Positions 9,234 to 19,006 of a stretch of 64,000 nt of DNA are shown here, one piece after another (the first letter of the stretch is position 1; each line of letters opens with the position of its first letter). The position numbers and the translations under genes were made by a program. The DNA is taken from contig JBFMAF010000035.1 in the NCBI GenBank assembly GCA_040755995.1, positions 224,001 through 288,000 on the forward strand, written 5' to 3'. The notes under the pieces are model-generated. The model did no database searches, had not been told where the DNA came from, and was given only the letters and a program-made list of their open reading frames with translations. The DNA comes from Acidobacteriota bacterium (GTDB taxonomy: Bacteria; Acidobacteriota; CAIWXX01).

Positions 9234-10013
9234 CTAGTAGCGCGTTTCGTCGTCATCTGGTGGCGGGTAGTCTTTTCCGAACTTGTTCTTGTGAGGCTGC
9301 GGCGTCCATCTCGACACATCGAGCTCGACCCGCGTGTCGGTCAGCACTCCAGGCTGGATCACGATCCTCCGTTCATTCTCGCCGCCCTGCTCGTGCCATG
9401 TCTTCAGCAGCCACGTACCAGCCGGCACGTCCTTCAGCTCAGCGTCACCCGAGGCCGTTGTCTGGGCGAAGAAGTCGCTGTCGACAACCACGAGAACAGC
9501 GCTCATGGTCGGATGGATATTGCAGTAGATCCGGACGATTCCGGGTCTGGCGAATCGAAAAGCGCGCGTTGTTCCGTTGCGATACAGACCGAGGTCGAAA
9601 CGGGCCGCCTCCGAGAGGCTGAAGATGTTGTGATAGATCCGGTCGTAATTGGGGAAGGCGACCGTCGTGCCAACTTTCACCATTTCGACGTGAGGCTCGA
9701 AGCGCTTCTCCCTCTGCGCGATCTCTGCGGCGAGCCGACCGGGCTGTTCTTGCTGGAAAACCCCGGGCAGCCAGACGACGGCGTCGACGCCGGGCTTCTC
9801 CACCGAGTTGCCAGCGAGCAGGACCACGTGCACGCGCAGGCTCCCGGTGCCCTGCGCCGGCGCCTCTTGAGCGCAGAGCAGCAACGATACGATCAGAGCT
9901 GCGACGATGGGCACCAGGGCGGCCACGCTGCGTGCGCTGGCGCTTCCAGCTGCAGGGCAACGGCCGCGCGCCTCAGCCGGCCACGCAAGGTCCTGACCGG
10001 GTTCTTCGAACAT
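9234..10013 (-). CDS. Exported cupredoxin-like protein with carboxypeptidase-regulatory-like C-terminal domain (start probably near 9927)
   Basis: Signal peptide VAALVPIVAALIVSLLLCAQEA; type-1 copper-like ligands HNIFS and YCNIHPTM; F-P-N-x-D motif. Confidence 0.82.
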   Translation of the reverse strand: MFEEPGQDLAWPAEARGRCPAAGSASARSVAALVPIVAALIVSLLLCAQEAPAQGTGSLRVHVVLLAGNSVEKPGVDAVVWLPGVFQQEQPGRLAAEIAQREKRFEPHVEMVKVGTTVAFPNYDRIYHNIFSLSEAARFDLGLYRNGTTRAFRFARPGIVRIYCNIHPTMSAVLVVVDSDFFAQTTASGDAELKDVPAGTWLLKTWHEQGGENERRIVIQPGVLTDTRVELDVSRWTPQPHKNKFGKDYPPPDDDETRY

Positions 10014-10134
10014 ACGCGACTGAGTCTAAGCGGCAGATCGACGCCTGTCAACGAAGGACCATGCATGCATGTGGCCGGGCCCAGGCAGCAGCGAGGGTTG
10101 CGCATCGCGCGCGGGAGTGTTATGACCATCAGCG

Positions 10135-10872
10135 ATGGAGACGATGAACCACGCCATCCTCTACGAAGATGCCGCCGTCGTCGTTGCGGACAAGCCGGCT
10201 GGAGTAGGTGTGATACCGAGCAGGCAGCCCGGATCGGACGAGACATGCTTTCGTGATGCAGTCAGTCTTCAGCTCGGAATCCGCCTGTTCGTCGTCCATC
10301 GTCTCGACGCGCTGACCAGCGGAGCAGTGCTCTTCGCCAAGAACGCGGATGCACATCGATTCCTCTGCGGATGCTTCGAGGCGGGGCGGATCCGGAAGCG
10401 CTACATCGCGGTGGTGACCGGCCGCCCGCCCGCCAGGACGCGCATCGATGTGCCGTGGCACGCGGCTCGTCGAGGCAAAGCGCGGCCGGCAGAGCGCGGA
10501 GAAGCCGGCGCGCGCCGCTGCGTGACCGATATCATGACGCTGTGCCAATCGCCCGAGGGGGCGCTCGTCGCGGCCTTCCCGCTCACCGGACGCCTGCACC
10601 AGATCCGGATGCACCTGCGCGCTATCGGCTGCCCGATCATCGGCGATCCGCTGTACGGAGTCGGCGCAGCGCGTTCGCACCCTCGACTTCTGCTCCATCA
10701 TCAGGCGATTCGCGTTCCGGCTCCGAGTGGCGACTCGGCCGTGCTAGTGACTTCTCCGCTGTCCCCTGAGATCGTGGCCGCGATCGACTCGTTCGGCCTG
10801 GACGCCGCCACCGCACAGATTACGGGTGATCCCTTCGCGTGCCCGGCTACCTCGCCACGAATAGCAGGGTAA
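10135..10872 (+). CDS. RluA-family RNA pseudouridine synthase
   Basis: DKPAG, catalytic HRLD, TGRLHQIRMHL and PIIGDPLY. Confidence 0.92.
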   Translation: METMNHAILYEDAAVVVADKPAGVGVIPSRQPGSDETCFRDAVSLQLGIRLFVVHRLDALTSGAVLFAKNADAHRFLCGCFEAGRIRKRYIAVVTGRPPARTRIDVPWHAARRGKARPAERGEAGARRCVTDIMTLCQSPEGALVAAFPLTGRLHQIRMHLRAIGCPIIGDPLYGVGAARSHPRLLLHHQAIRVPAPSGDSAVLVTSPLSPEIVAAIDSFGLDAATAQITGDPFACPATSPRIAG

Positions 10873-11737
10873 CTCCCGCCACCGACACCAAGGTGCCAAG
10901 CACGGCCCGGAACGTGACTCGCTCATGCAACGCGAAGTGGGAGACCGGCAGCAGGATGATCGGGGCAAGGGACATCAAGGTGGATGCGATGCCTATGTGG
11001 GTATGCGCCACGGCATAGAGTGAGAGGACCACGCCGAAGACGGGCCCCGCAAGTGTGCCGAGAGAGGTGGCCGCGAGCGCACGCGGGTCTCGCATCTTGC
11101 GGAAGTCCGACGCCGCCTGCCTGCGCATCGCGGCGACGGCCCCGATGATCAGGGTGGCAGCGGCCAGGCGGATGAGGTTCGCGGAGAAAGGCGAGAGGCC
11201 GCCAGCCATGCCGACCTTGGAGAGCAGCAGCCCGCCCGCCTGTCCGGCGGCTCCTCCGACTCCCATCAGGATGCCGGCCAGGCGGTAGCGTGTGCCGCTC
11301 CGCTGCTCCTCGTTGGTCTCCGCAACAACCACCGCGATCCCGGCCAACGTCACTCCGATTGCGATGATCTGCAAGACGCTCAGAGTCTCGCCCAGAAAGA
11401 CCCAACCGAGCAATGCGCCCATGATCGGCGCAAGCGTCATGATGAGCATCGACAGTCGGGCTCCGATGTGGACAAAGGACTCGAACAACAGGCTGTCGCC
11501 GATGGCGAAGCCCACCAACCCCGAGAGCGCCATCCAGAAGAGCTCGGTTCGCCGGGCGCCGAATGGGAACGGCGTGCCGAGAAGCAGCAGATGGATCACG
11601 GAGAGGAGGAGCAGGGCCAACCACAGACGGACGTGATTAACCGTAGGCGAGCCGGCCCGCTCGCCTGCCTTGCCGAACGCAACCGAGCTACACGACCAGC
11701 AAACCGATGTCAGCAACGCCGCCGTCTCACCGATCAT
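10847..11737 (-). CDS. DMT/EamA-family transporter
   Basis: About 10 TM helices in two EamA repeats (LGWVFLGETLS, HFALHERVT). Confidence 0.9.
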   Translation of the reverse strand: MIGETAALLTSVCWSCSSVAFGKAGERAGSPTVNHVRLWLALLLLSVIHLLLLGTPFPFGARRTELFWMALSGLVGFAIGDSLLFESFVHIGARLSMLIMTLAPIMGALLGWVFLGETLSVLQIIAIGVTLAGIAVVVAETNEEQRSGTRYRLAGILMGVGGAAGQAGGLLLSKVGMAGGLSPFSANLIRLAAATLIIGAVAAMRRQAASDFRKMRDPRALAATSLGTLAGPVFGVVLSLYAVAHTHIGIASTLMSLAPIILLPVSHFALHERVTFRAVLGTLVSVAGVTLLFVAR

Positions 11738-11905
11738 GTCTCACCTGCTAGGCGCCGCATGATATCACCGGCCGGGCGTTCCCCGAAGCCCCGGCCGGAT
11801 GCACATGCAGCGCGATCCGATTGGCGGCGAATTCCCGCGCCGAGGTTTCGACGTGGGTATTGAGCAGTGAGCAGGACTGGCCGTGGCCGACCGGCTAGCC
11901 CCAGC

Positions 11906-13570
11906 TCACCGGAACTTGTTCGAAATCTTGTTGTTCGTCTCGTCGTCCTCTGCGACCGTCTTGCCGCTGTCGACATCGGCGATCACGTACTTGTCTTTGG
12001 CTCCCGGCGTCGCGCGCAATTTGAACGAGTATGTCGCGAAGGCTGCCAGTCCGGGGACGTTCACGGTCTTGACGAGCGTCGCTTTGCGCCCGGTGGCGTT
12101 CTTCTTCGAGAAGTAGACCTTGATGGTGAAGGGGCCGGCGGCGGCAGCTCCGTTGTTCACGCACTTGAAGGTTCCCTTCAGCTTCGATCTCTTGAATCCG
12201 ACGCTGCTCCAGGAACCGGTCAGATCGGGTGCGGCCGGCGAGCTGCAGAACGACGTGACCGCGGCCGGTGTCGCGTAGGGAACGGCCGCGGAATCGACTC
12301 CCACAGCGGCGGTATTGACCGTCGTTGCGGTGGTCGCAGTCGCAGCTATCGAGGGCTGAGTCGGGGTGATCGCGGTGTTCTGAATGTTGCAGGAAGGATC
12401 GATGTCCCCGTTGGAGTCTGTTCGGCTTATCAGAACGGCCTGTTTGGACGCGAGAGTAGTTCCTCCGGCAAATGCGAAGCCTCCATCAGGCAGCAATCTC
12501 ACTCGGGTGTAGCTGTCGTTCGCAGAGGGGCTGCCTGCCTGTTCTTGCCAAGTGACCGCGCCGCCGGCGCCAAGCTTCACGGCCCACGCATTGTAGCCCA
12601 TCGCCCCCACGTTCAGCTCTCCGGCGGCGATGTAGCCGCCGTCGCTCGCCTGCCGGACATCGCTCAGAAACGGATACTCCGGTGCCGATTGCGCAACGAA
12701 CGTGTGCCATGCAACGGCTCCGGTGGGCGTCAGCTTCAGGATACTGCTATCGAGCATCGCTCCGCCCAGCGCGGCGCTCAGGATGTAGCCGCCGTCGGAG
12801 GTTTGCTGGATGCTGTTCACCCACCCCATGATGCCGTTTCCATAGCCCATCTGCCACTTGATGTTGCCGGACAAGTCGATCTTGAGGCACCAGATCTGGG
12901 TATTCGGGCTGGCAAAGGAGCTGCTGGTACCTCCCACGATGAAGCAGTTGTCCGACGTCAGCTCCATCCAATCGCCTCCGTCGCGACCGGCGCCACCGAA
13001 CGCTTTCTGCCAGGTGAGGTTTCCGGATGCGTCGAGTCTCAGGCACCACAAGTCCTGATCGCCTGTGCCGAAGGATCCTGTGGAGCCCACGACGATGTAG
13101 CCGCCTCCGGGAAGTACCGCGCAAGAGCTCCCGAAGTCAGGAGCCGTTCCGCCATACGTCTTCTGCCAGATGATGTTGCCGTACGCGCCGAGCAGGAGGC
13201 ACCAGAGGTTGGCGTCACCTGCGCCATACGACATCGTGTAGCCCGTCACAAAGTAGCTGCCGTCGTCGAGTGGACACACATCACGGAAGGTGTCGAACTT
13301 CCCCGTTGTCCCGTATCCCCATTGCCAGGAGACATTCCCCAGGGCATCGAGCTTCGCGCACCACGCATCGATCTCACCCAACAGGCTTCGGTACCCAACT
13401 GCAATGTAGCCGCCGTCACTGGTAGGCTCGATCGAAGTGACGTAGTAGTTCATGGTGGATTCCCCGATCCCTTCCGCCCACCGCGCGGCAGCATCTGACG
13501 TGCCCGCAGCTAGCAGCACGACCAAGCCGGTCAATGCGAAGACGCTCAGGCGGGATTTCATCTTGGTCAT
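11906..13570 (-). CDS. Secreted beta-propeller repeat protein with Thr/Ala linker and C-terminal CARDB-like domain
   Basis: GGAGG RBS; signal peptide; repeats W-Q-K-x-Y-G-G and Q-T-S-D-G-G-Y-I-x-x-G; C-terminal PDL...NNGAAAAGPF...VDSGKTVAEDDETNN. Confidence 0.82.
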   Translation of the reverse strand: MTKMKSRLSVFALTGLVVLLAAGTSDAAARWAEGIGESTMNYYVTSIEPTSDGGYIAVGYRSLLGEIDAWCAKLDALGNVSWQWGYGTTGKFDTFRDVCPLDDGSYFVTGYTMSYGAGDANLWCLLLGAYGNIIWQKTYGGTAPDFGSSCAVLPGGGYIVVGSTGSFGTGDQDLWCLRLDASGNLTWQKAFGGAGRDGGDWMELTSDNCFIVGGTSSSFASPNTQIWCLKIDLSGNIKWQMGYGNGIMGWVNSIQQTSDGGYILSAALGGAMLDSSILKLTPTGAVAWHTFVAQSAPEYPFLSDVRQASDGGYIAAGELNVGAMGYNAWAVKLGAGGAVTWQEQAGSPSANDSYTRVRLLPDGGFAFAGGTTLASKQAVLISRTDSNGDIDPSCNIQNTAITPTQPSIAATATTATTVNTAAVGVDSAAVPYATPAAVTSFCSSPAAPDLTGSWSSVGFKRSKLKGTFKCVNNGAAAAGPFTIKVYFSKKNATGRKATLVKTVNVPGLAAFATYSFKLRATPGAKDKYVIADVDSGKTVAEDDETNNKISNKFR

Positions 13571-13658
13571 CACGACTCCTCCTTCGGTTCGGTCCTGGTC
13601 AACGTCCACGTGCATCGCGCCGCGCGCGATCTAGTGCCTGCCACACATGCTGGGAATT

Positions 13659-13674
13659 TGCACAATCTGTGCCA
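13659..13674 (-). promoter_or_regulatory. Putative sigma-54 (-24/-12) promoter
   Basis: The minus strand reads TGGCACAGATTGTGCA (GG-N10-GC), about 90 bp upstream of the ATG at 13570. Confidence 0.6.
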
Positions 13675-13867
13675 CATCATACCACGGTCGCCGCGCATGG
13701 TTTCCAATGACTTCGTCAGACGTTGGGATGGGGGGGCCGTGTAGCTCCGTACACACCATAGAACCATCGGTCACGGCTGCAATCCGTGAAAAAGCGCATC
13801 CGCGCAGACGATTCGGCGTGTGTACTCCTGTCCGCACGGCCTGGGTACGGTCGTTCCCAGCACAGGT

Positions 13868-15283
13868 CTACTCCTTTTCAGTCTGAGGTTCCCGCACCGT
13901 GGGCTGGACGCGCCGCTCCGGCTCCACGCTCAGTGCGCCTTCTGCGACTGAAGACGCGATGCTCAGGGCTCCACCGGCGGCCGCACTATCAGCTAGCGAC
14001 AGCATCCCCTGACCCACCTTACCAGTCCTCTCCCGGATCGCAGCGATGGCCTGTCGAGCCCTCGGTCTCAGCTCAGGCTGCTCGCCATACTCAATGTCGA
14101 TCAGCGCCAGGATGTCGTCGACCGTGCCGCACTCGCCGAGGGCCGCTATGGCTGCGCATCTGACTTCGGTCTCGGTGTTTTCGAGCGCCTTGAGCAGGGA
14201 GCGCCGCGCAGCTGGGGTGCCGGTGCGTCCGAGGGCACACGCCGCGGCCAGTCTGACATCTGCATCTCGCGCGCCGAGCAGCAGGTCACTCAGTGCATCC
14301 ACGCTCCCCGTATCTCGCATCTTACCCAGGGCCTCGACCCCTGCTAAGACCACCTCATTCTCGGGCCGCACGAGAGCTGCACGAATAGCACTCGGTGCGG
14401 CTGCCCCGGAGGTCGCGCCGAGTGCACGCACGGCGCGCAAGCCGAGCGGGGTGGGCGCGGAGAGGGCGGCCTCGGCGAGCATCTGGATGCCCCATTCTCC
14501 CAGCGCCTCCCCTGCGCGAATCGTCATGTCCCACGATTGGAGGGACGGGACCTGCCCTAGAGCATCCCGGACTGCCTGCGTCTGCGGCAGGGTCAATAGC
14601 ATGTCGAGGTTCTTCGAGCGCACCGACTCCTTTGACTCCGCGAACAGATTCTCGATCAGGCGTCTCTCAGTGGTTCCTTCGCGAGTCAATCGATCGGTCA
14701 ATCCAGCGGCTCTGGATATGGACGCGGTGAGCTCGTCCAGCTCGCTCAGAGTCAGCAGATTCGCGTCGGAGTGCATGCCTGACTGATCTATGGTCCATCC
14801 TTGGGCCCCAACCAGCTCGATCATCAGCGAGCGAGTCTCCGCGTCGAGAAGGCCGACTATGCCGGGCACGTCCTCCCCGGCGACGACAACGAGCGCGTCG
14901 AAGGCGTCGTCACCCACGTTGATGTCCGCGTGCGAGACTGTCTTCCACAGTGTTGCTGCGAATCCCTCGGGGGCAACCCGCATGGGGACGGGGAATCCCC
15001 CTGGCGGACTGGTGTGTACCGCAACCGTTCCTTGCCGGCCGGGTCCTATTTCAACTCGCAGCTCCTGGCCCAACAACTTGCCGGAAGCCACCAGGGACCC
15101 GGCGTCGGGGAACCCAGCGCTGCGAGGCTGCGTGTGCAGCCCCATCTGCTTCACCCACTGCATCACTCGTTGGTCGACATCGTCGCCCTCCGATCTGACC
15201 TGCCTAATCACCCACACGCAGAAGGCTGCGCCAACCAGGCCGATCGGGACGAGGATCAGAAGCGGCAAGGATTCCGGGTCCAT
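13868..15283 (-). CDS. Membrane-anchored HEAT/PBS-lyase repeat protein
   Basis: GAGGAG RBS then MDPESLPLL; N-terminal TM; repeats VRLAAACALG, VRCAAIAALG and VVLAGVEALG. Confidence 0.78.
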   Translation of the reverse strand: MDPESLPLLILVPIGLVGAAFCVWVIRQVRSEGDDVDQRVMQWVKQMGLHTQPRSAGFPDAGSLVASGKLLGQELRVEIGPGRQGTVAVHTSPPGGFPVPMRVAPEGFAATLWKTVSHADINVGDDAFDALVVVAGEDVPGIVGLLDAETRSLMIELVGAQGWTIDQSGMHSDANLLTLSELDELTASISRAAGLTDRLTREGTTERRLIENLFAESKESVRSKNLDMLLTLPQTQAVRDALGQVPSLQSWDMTIRAGEALGEWGIQMLAEAALSAPTPLGLRAVRALGATSGAAAPSAIRAALVRPENEVVLAGVEALGKMRDTGSVDALSDLLLGARDADVRLAAACALGRTGTPAARRSLLKALENTETEVRCAAIAALGECGTVDDILALIDIEYGEQPELRPRARQAIAAIRERTGKVGQGMLSLADSAAAGGALSIASSVAEGALSVEPERRVQPTVREPQTEKE

Positions 15284-15324
15284 CCAGGTGCAACTCCTCG
15301 TGCGTACGAGTATGACGATCGGTG

Positions 15325-16428
15325 TCAGTTGCGAACGCGGGGTGGTCTCGCGGCCGGCGGCCGGCTCTCCAGAGAATCGCTCCATTCCGGCGCACTCGCC
15401 GTGGATGCGTCGTCGCGGTTGACCTCTTCGAGCGAGCTCGCCACTGCATCCATTTCATGGTCGAGCTTTTCGAGGCCGCGGCGGAGGCCTGCGCCCGCAA
15501 CATCGGCGGATGCGGAGTCGGCCGAGCGGGCGCGCAGGACCTGGGTGTGAAGGCTCTCGAGCGCGTACAGTATGCGCGTGCCTTCGGCCTCCAGGCGCGC
15601 CGCCGCCGTGAGCAGGTCGGCTCGCTGGGAGATCTGCGCGTCCAGGGCTCGGAGCGCATCCGAGAGGCGCCTGCGCACCACCTCGTCCTGCTCCGCTGCG
15701 ATCCGCCGATCGAGCTCGTCGTGTTCCCGGCGCAAGCGGTTGTCGTCCTCGGCCTTGACCGCGGAACGCAACTCGAGCTCACGCTTCGCAAGATCTCTAC
15801 ATGCCTGTCGCAGCGACTCGACCGTCTTCTCCGGGGTGCCGATGACGTCGCTGACCGTTCGCGGCGCGGTCTTGAGATCGGCCAGGATTCTTCCGCACAC
15901 TGCTTCCGCGCGAGCCAGACGCGCACCGATCGCCTCCGCAACGGCTTTATCAGCGGGCGAAACCGAAGGGACCTGCGGTCGAGCCGTCTCGGCTTCCGGC
16001 GCCGGAAGCGCCGCCTGCCGGCGACGATGGAGGCCGCGGGCGATGAGCGAGGTCGAGGCCATGGCGAATCCGAAGGCCGGGAACAACAGCCACCAGAGTC
16101 CCGGTTGAGTCAATGCGACGAACACCATCGCGGCCGCGGCGCCGCCGAATACGATCCCCTGCGGCAGGCTCGCCGCCCGGTGCTCCTCGCGCCGACGCCT
16201 TCGTTCCGCCTCGCGACGTGCGTGCCGATCGAGCCGGCTCTCCATCCGCTCGGCGGCCCTGTCTATGATGTGAGCGCTCGCCGCGGCTGCGATTGTTTCG
16301 ACCAGCCGCGCGTGCGAATGGTGGCCCTTGGCAAGGGCTTCGTTGATGCGCTGCGCCGACGCCTCGAATCGCCTCGCCCAGTCCTCCACCTGTCTGGCCC
16401 ACGGCGGACTTTGTCTATCCTCAGCCAT
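15325..16428 (-). CDS. Hypothetical protein with two TM helices and a long coiled coil
   Basis: GIVFGGAAAAMVFVAL and LWWLLFPAFGFAMA helices; charged heptad-rich C-terminal half. Confidence 0.65.
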   Translation of the reverse strand: MAEDRQSPPWARQVEDWARRFEASAQRINEALAKGHHSHARLVETIAAAASAHIIDRAAERMESRLDRHARREAERRRRREEHRAASLPQGIVFGGAAAAMVFVALTQPGLWWLLFPAFGFAMASTSLIARGLHRRRQAALPAPEAETARPQVPSVSPADKAVAEAIGARLARAEAVCGRILADLKTAPRTVSDVIGTPEKTVESLRQACRDLAKRELELRSAVKAEDDNRLRREHDELDRRIAAEQDEVVRRRLSDALRALDAQISQRADLLTAAARLEAEGTRILYALESLHTQVLRARSADSASADVAGAGLRRGLEKLDHEMDAVASSLEEVNRDDASTASAPEWSDSLESRPPAARPPRVRN

Positions 16429-16564
16429 GGACGCCTGCTCGAGAGAATAGCCGATCTCTCACGGGGCAATGATGAGCGGCCGTGGCGCGGATGTCAAGCA
16501 TCGAGCGACAAATCCGGCGGTTGCCAATCTGCGTTCTTGTGGTGAGAGAGAGAGGTGATGCTGC

Positions 16565-17428
16565 GTGCGATCGATAGAGATGGTTGCCCTGCTGCTCATT
16601 TGCGTCTTCGGCCACGCGGGATGTCCCGGGGAGATTGGGTTCAACACGCAAGCTCCACCTGCGCCGGCCGCAAATGCCCCGTACACGGGCACGCTGGAGT
16701 CACGCATTCCACCGCCACCTGGATTCCGGAGGGTACCGGTGGAGCCCGAGAGTTTCGCGGCCGCTCTGCGCCGGCTGCCCCTCAAGCCCCTGGGTTCTCC
16801 CGTTCTGCTCTATGACGGCCGGCCGACGTCTCGACAGGATGTCCACGCCGCAGTCGTCGACATGCCGATCGGCAATCGCGACATCCACCAGTGCGCCGAT
16901 GCGGTGATACACCTCAGAGCCGAGTATCTCCGGTCTGCTGGCAGGCAGGACGAGATCTCCTTCAGATTCGTGTCAGGCTTCCGAGCGTCGTGGCCTCGCT
17001 GGAAAGAGGGTTGGCGGCCGATCGTTCACGGCAATCGCGTCAACGAACGCGAGACCGAGGCGCCGGACGCATCGGAACGGGCTTTTCGGGCCTACATGGA
17101 GACTGTGTTCCAATATGCCAACACATACTCGCTTGCGAACGAGATGCAGGCAGTCCAGAGCGTCCGCGACATGAGGATCGGCGACGTCTTCGTCCGCGGA
17201 GGTTTCCCCGGTCACGCGGCGATCGTAGCCGACATGGCAGAGAGCTCGGACGATTCGCGCGTCTTCCTGCTGCTCCAGAGCTACATGCCGGCTCAGGAGA
17301 TCCACGTGCTCAAGAACCCGGCGGACGGCGGTGCCTGGTATCCTGTCGATTTCGACCGGGTCCTCAACACGCCTGAGTGGACGTTCGTCGCAGCAGACCT
17401 TCATCGATTCGCGCAAGAGCGGTCGTGA
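16565..17428 (+). CDS. DUF4846-like exported/lipoprotein
   Basis: Signal peptide; RIPPPPGFRR, QCADAVIHLRAEYL, GGFPGHA and QSYMPAQEIH motifs. Confidence 0.78.
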   Translation: MRSIEMVALLLICVFGHAGCPGEIGFNTQAPPAPAANAPYTGTLESRIPPPPGFRRVPVEPESFAAALRRLPLKPLGSPVLLYDGRPTSRQDVHAAVVDMPIGNRDIHQCADAVIHLRAEYLRSAGRQDEISFRFVSGFRASWPRWKEGWRPIVHGNRVNERETEAPDASERAFRAYMETVFQYANTYSLANEMQAVQSVRDMRIGDVFVRGGFPGHAAIVADMAESSDDSRVFLLLQSYMPAQEIHVLKNPADGGAWYPVDFDRVLNTPEWTFVAADLHRFAQERS

Positions 17429-17470
17429 GGAGGCGGTGTTTCGGACGGAGCCTGACGACGAAGGTGATTC

Positions 17471-18979
17471 TCAGAACCGGATCACAGCTTCGACGCGCAC
17501 GCCTCCGAACGCCGGAACGTACTTGCAAACCCCGCCCGAGCACTTGGTGCCGCCGCGGGTCTCTCCCGCGAAGATGCTCAGCAGATGCCGCTTCATCAGC
17601 TTGATCTCAGCCTGAGCATAGTAGAAGTTCTCCTTCCCATTCTCGAAGAGCTCGCTTGGAAGGTTGGAGCTTTCCCAGACACCCGCCAGCGAGAACAACT
17701 GGGATTTGGCGATGGAGACCGCGAGCTTGTTCCGCTGGTACTGGACGTAGTCGCCGTCGAGCTGCGCCCGCCGGTATTCGACCGTGCTGCTGAAGGCCCA
17801 CGGGAGCGGCACCTCCAGGAAGGCACGACCGTAGGTCGTCGGCCCTGAGAATTGGAAGTAGTAGCCGCCCCCGTCCTCTTGTCGCCTTCCGAGAGAGGCT
17901 TCGATGTGAAACCCGCTCTCGAACGACCGCTCGTAGCCGAGCGCGTAGGCGTCGATCTGTCGTGCATATGCCGGATACGGCGGGCGGCGCGACGCGCGTT
18001 GCGCATAATGCGCGTAATAGCCGGAGAAAATGTCAGGACCTCGCGTGTAGTCAGCCCGGATTCTGGCCGCCTGCAGGTTCTCGCGATCGACGGCGAAGAA
18101 GTCGGCCAGAAGCTCTTCGCTCTGCACCTCCAGGATGGGTGGCGTACTGTACTGGAAGAAGTAGTCTTTCAGCGACTCGTACTCCGTCGTGATCGACAGA
18201 TCGCCCGTGTGCACCGCGGCCTCTACATATGCTGCCTGTCCGTTGGTTGCGCCATTCGGGTAAGGGCGCGAGAAGGATGACCCGGCCAACTCGATGTAGA
18301 TTTCCACCGCGCCATCAGGATCCTGCAGCGTCACATTCAGGCCAGCCGTGTCGACGTCGCGATCCTCGTCCTTCATCCTGGCCTTCACGGCGCTCGCGCC
18401 TGTGCCCAGCCACCGGGCGAGCCTCAGCGACACTGTTCCACCGTAGATGTCATCGCCTGCCGCGGTGCTCCCGCGCACGCGCCCGCCGACAGCCTCCGCC
18501 TGGATTCTCTCGCCGAGGTACCTCAGGCGCCCCCCTCGGATCGTGTCGTCAACCTGGTTCTCCATGCCGTAGCTCTCGTGGGTCTTTACTACACTGAGGG
18601 CGGTGCCGCGGCCAAACGCGGCAAAGAAGTCACCCGCCGTTGCCGTGAGCGCGCTGCCCCTGTACTCCAGGTACCACTTGTGCACCTCGGCATCCGAGTC
18701 ACTCCGGTCAAATGCGTTGATGTCCAGCTGAATCCCGCCGATCACGGGGCCGCGCGACAGATCAAGAATAGTCCTCGAATAGAATTCCCACCGGTCGTGA
18801 TCCGGTGCGTGCGTGCGTTCGAGAAACGAGTCGCTGAACGAGCGGTACAACAGCGTCGTGCTCCCCTGGATCGAGAAAGGTATCCCGGCCAATTCCGTTG
18901 CGAATGAGATGTTCTGGGTAAGAAGGGTGCCGGCGACGAATGCGCAGGATGCGCCGAACAGGGCGGCCGGTTGCTTCAT
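17471..18979 (-). CDS. DUF6029-like outer-membrane beta-barrel protein
   Basis: Signal region; GDFFAAFGRGTAL; C-terminal RGGTKCSGGVCKYVPAFGGVRVEAVIRF ending in Phe. Confidence 0.75.
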   Translation of the reverse strand: MKQPAALFGASCAFVAGTLLTQNISFATELAGIPFSIQGSTTLLYRSFSDSFLERTHAPDHDRWEFYSRTILDLSRGPVIGGIQLDINAFDRSDSDAEVHKWYLEYRGSALTATAGDFFAAFGRGTALSVVKTHESYGMENQVDDTIRGGRLRYLGERIQAEAVGGRVRGSTAAGDDIYGGTVSLRLARWLGTGASAVKARMKDEDRDVDTAGLNVTLQDPDGAVEIYIELAGSSFSRPYPNGATNGQAAYVEAAVHTGDLSITTEYESLKDYFFQYSTPPILEVQSEELLADFFAVDRENLQAARIRADYTRGPDIFSGYYAHYAQRASRRPPYPAYARQIDAYALGYERSFESGFHIEASLGRRQEDGGGYYFQFSGPTTYGRAFLEVPLPWAFSSTVEYRRAQLDGDYVQYQRNKLAVSIAKSQLFSLAGVWESSNLPSELFENGKENFYYAQAEIKLMKRHLLSIFAGETRGGTKCSGGVCKYVPAFGGVRVEAVIRF

Positions 18980-19006
18980 GGCAGCCAGGTGAGGCAGGCC
19001 CGCGGG

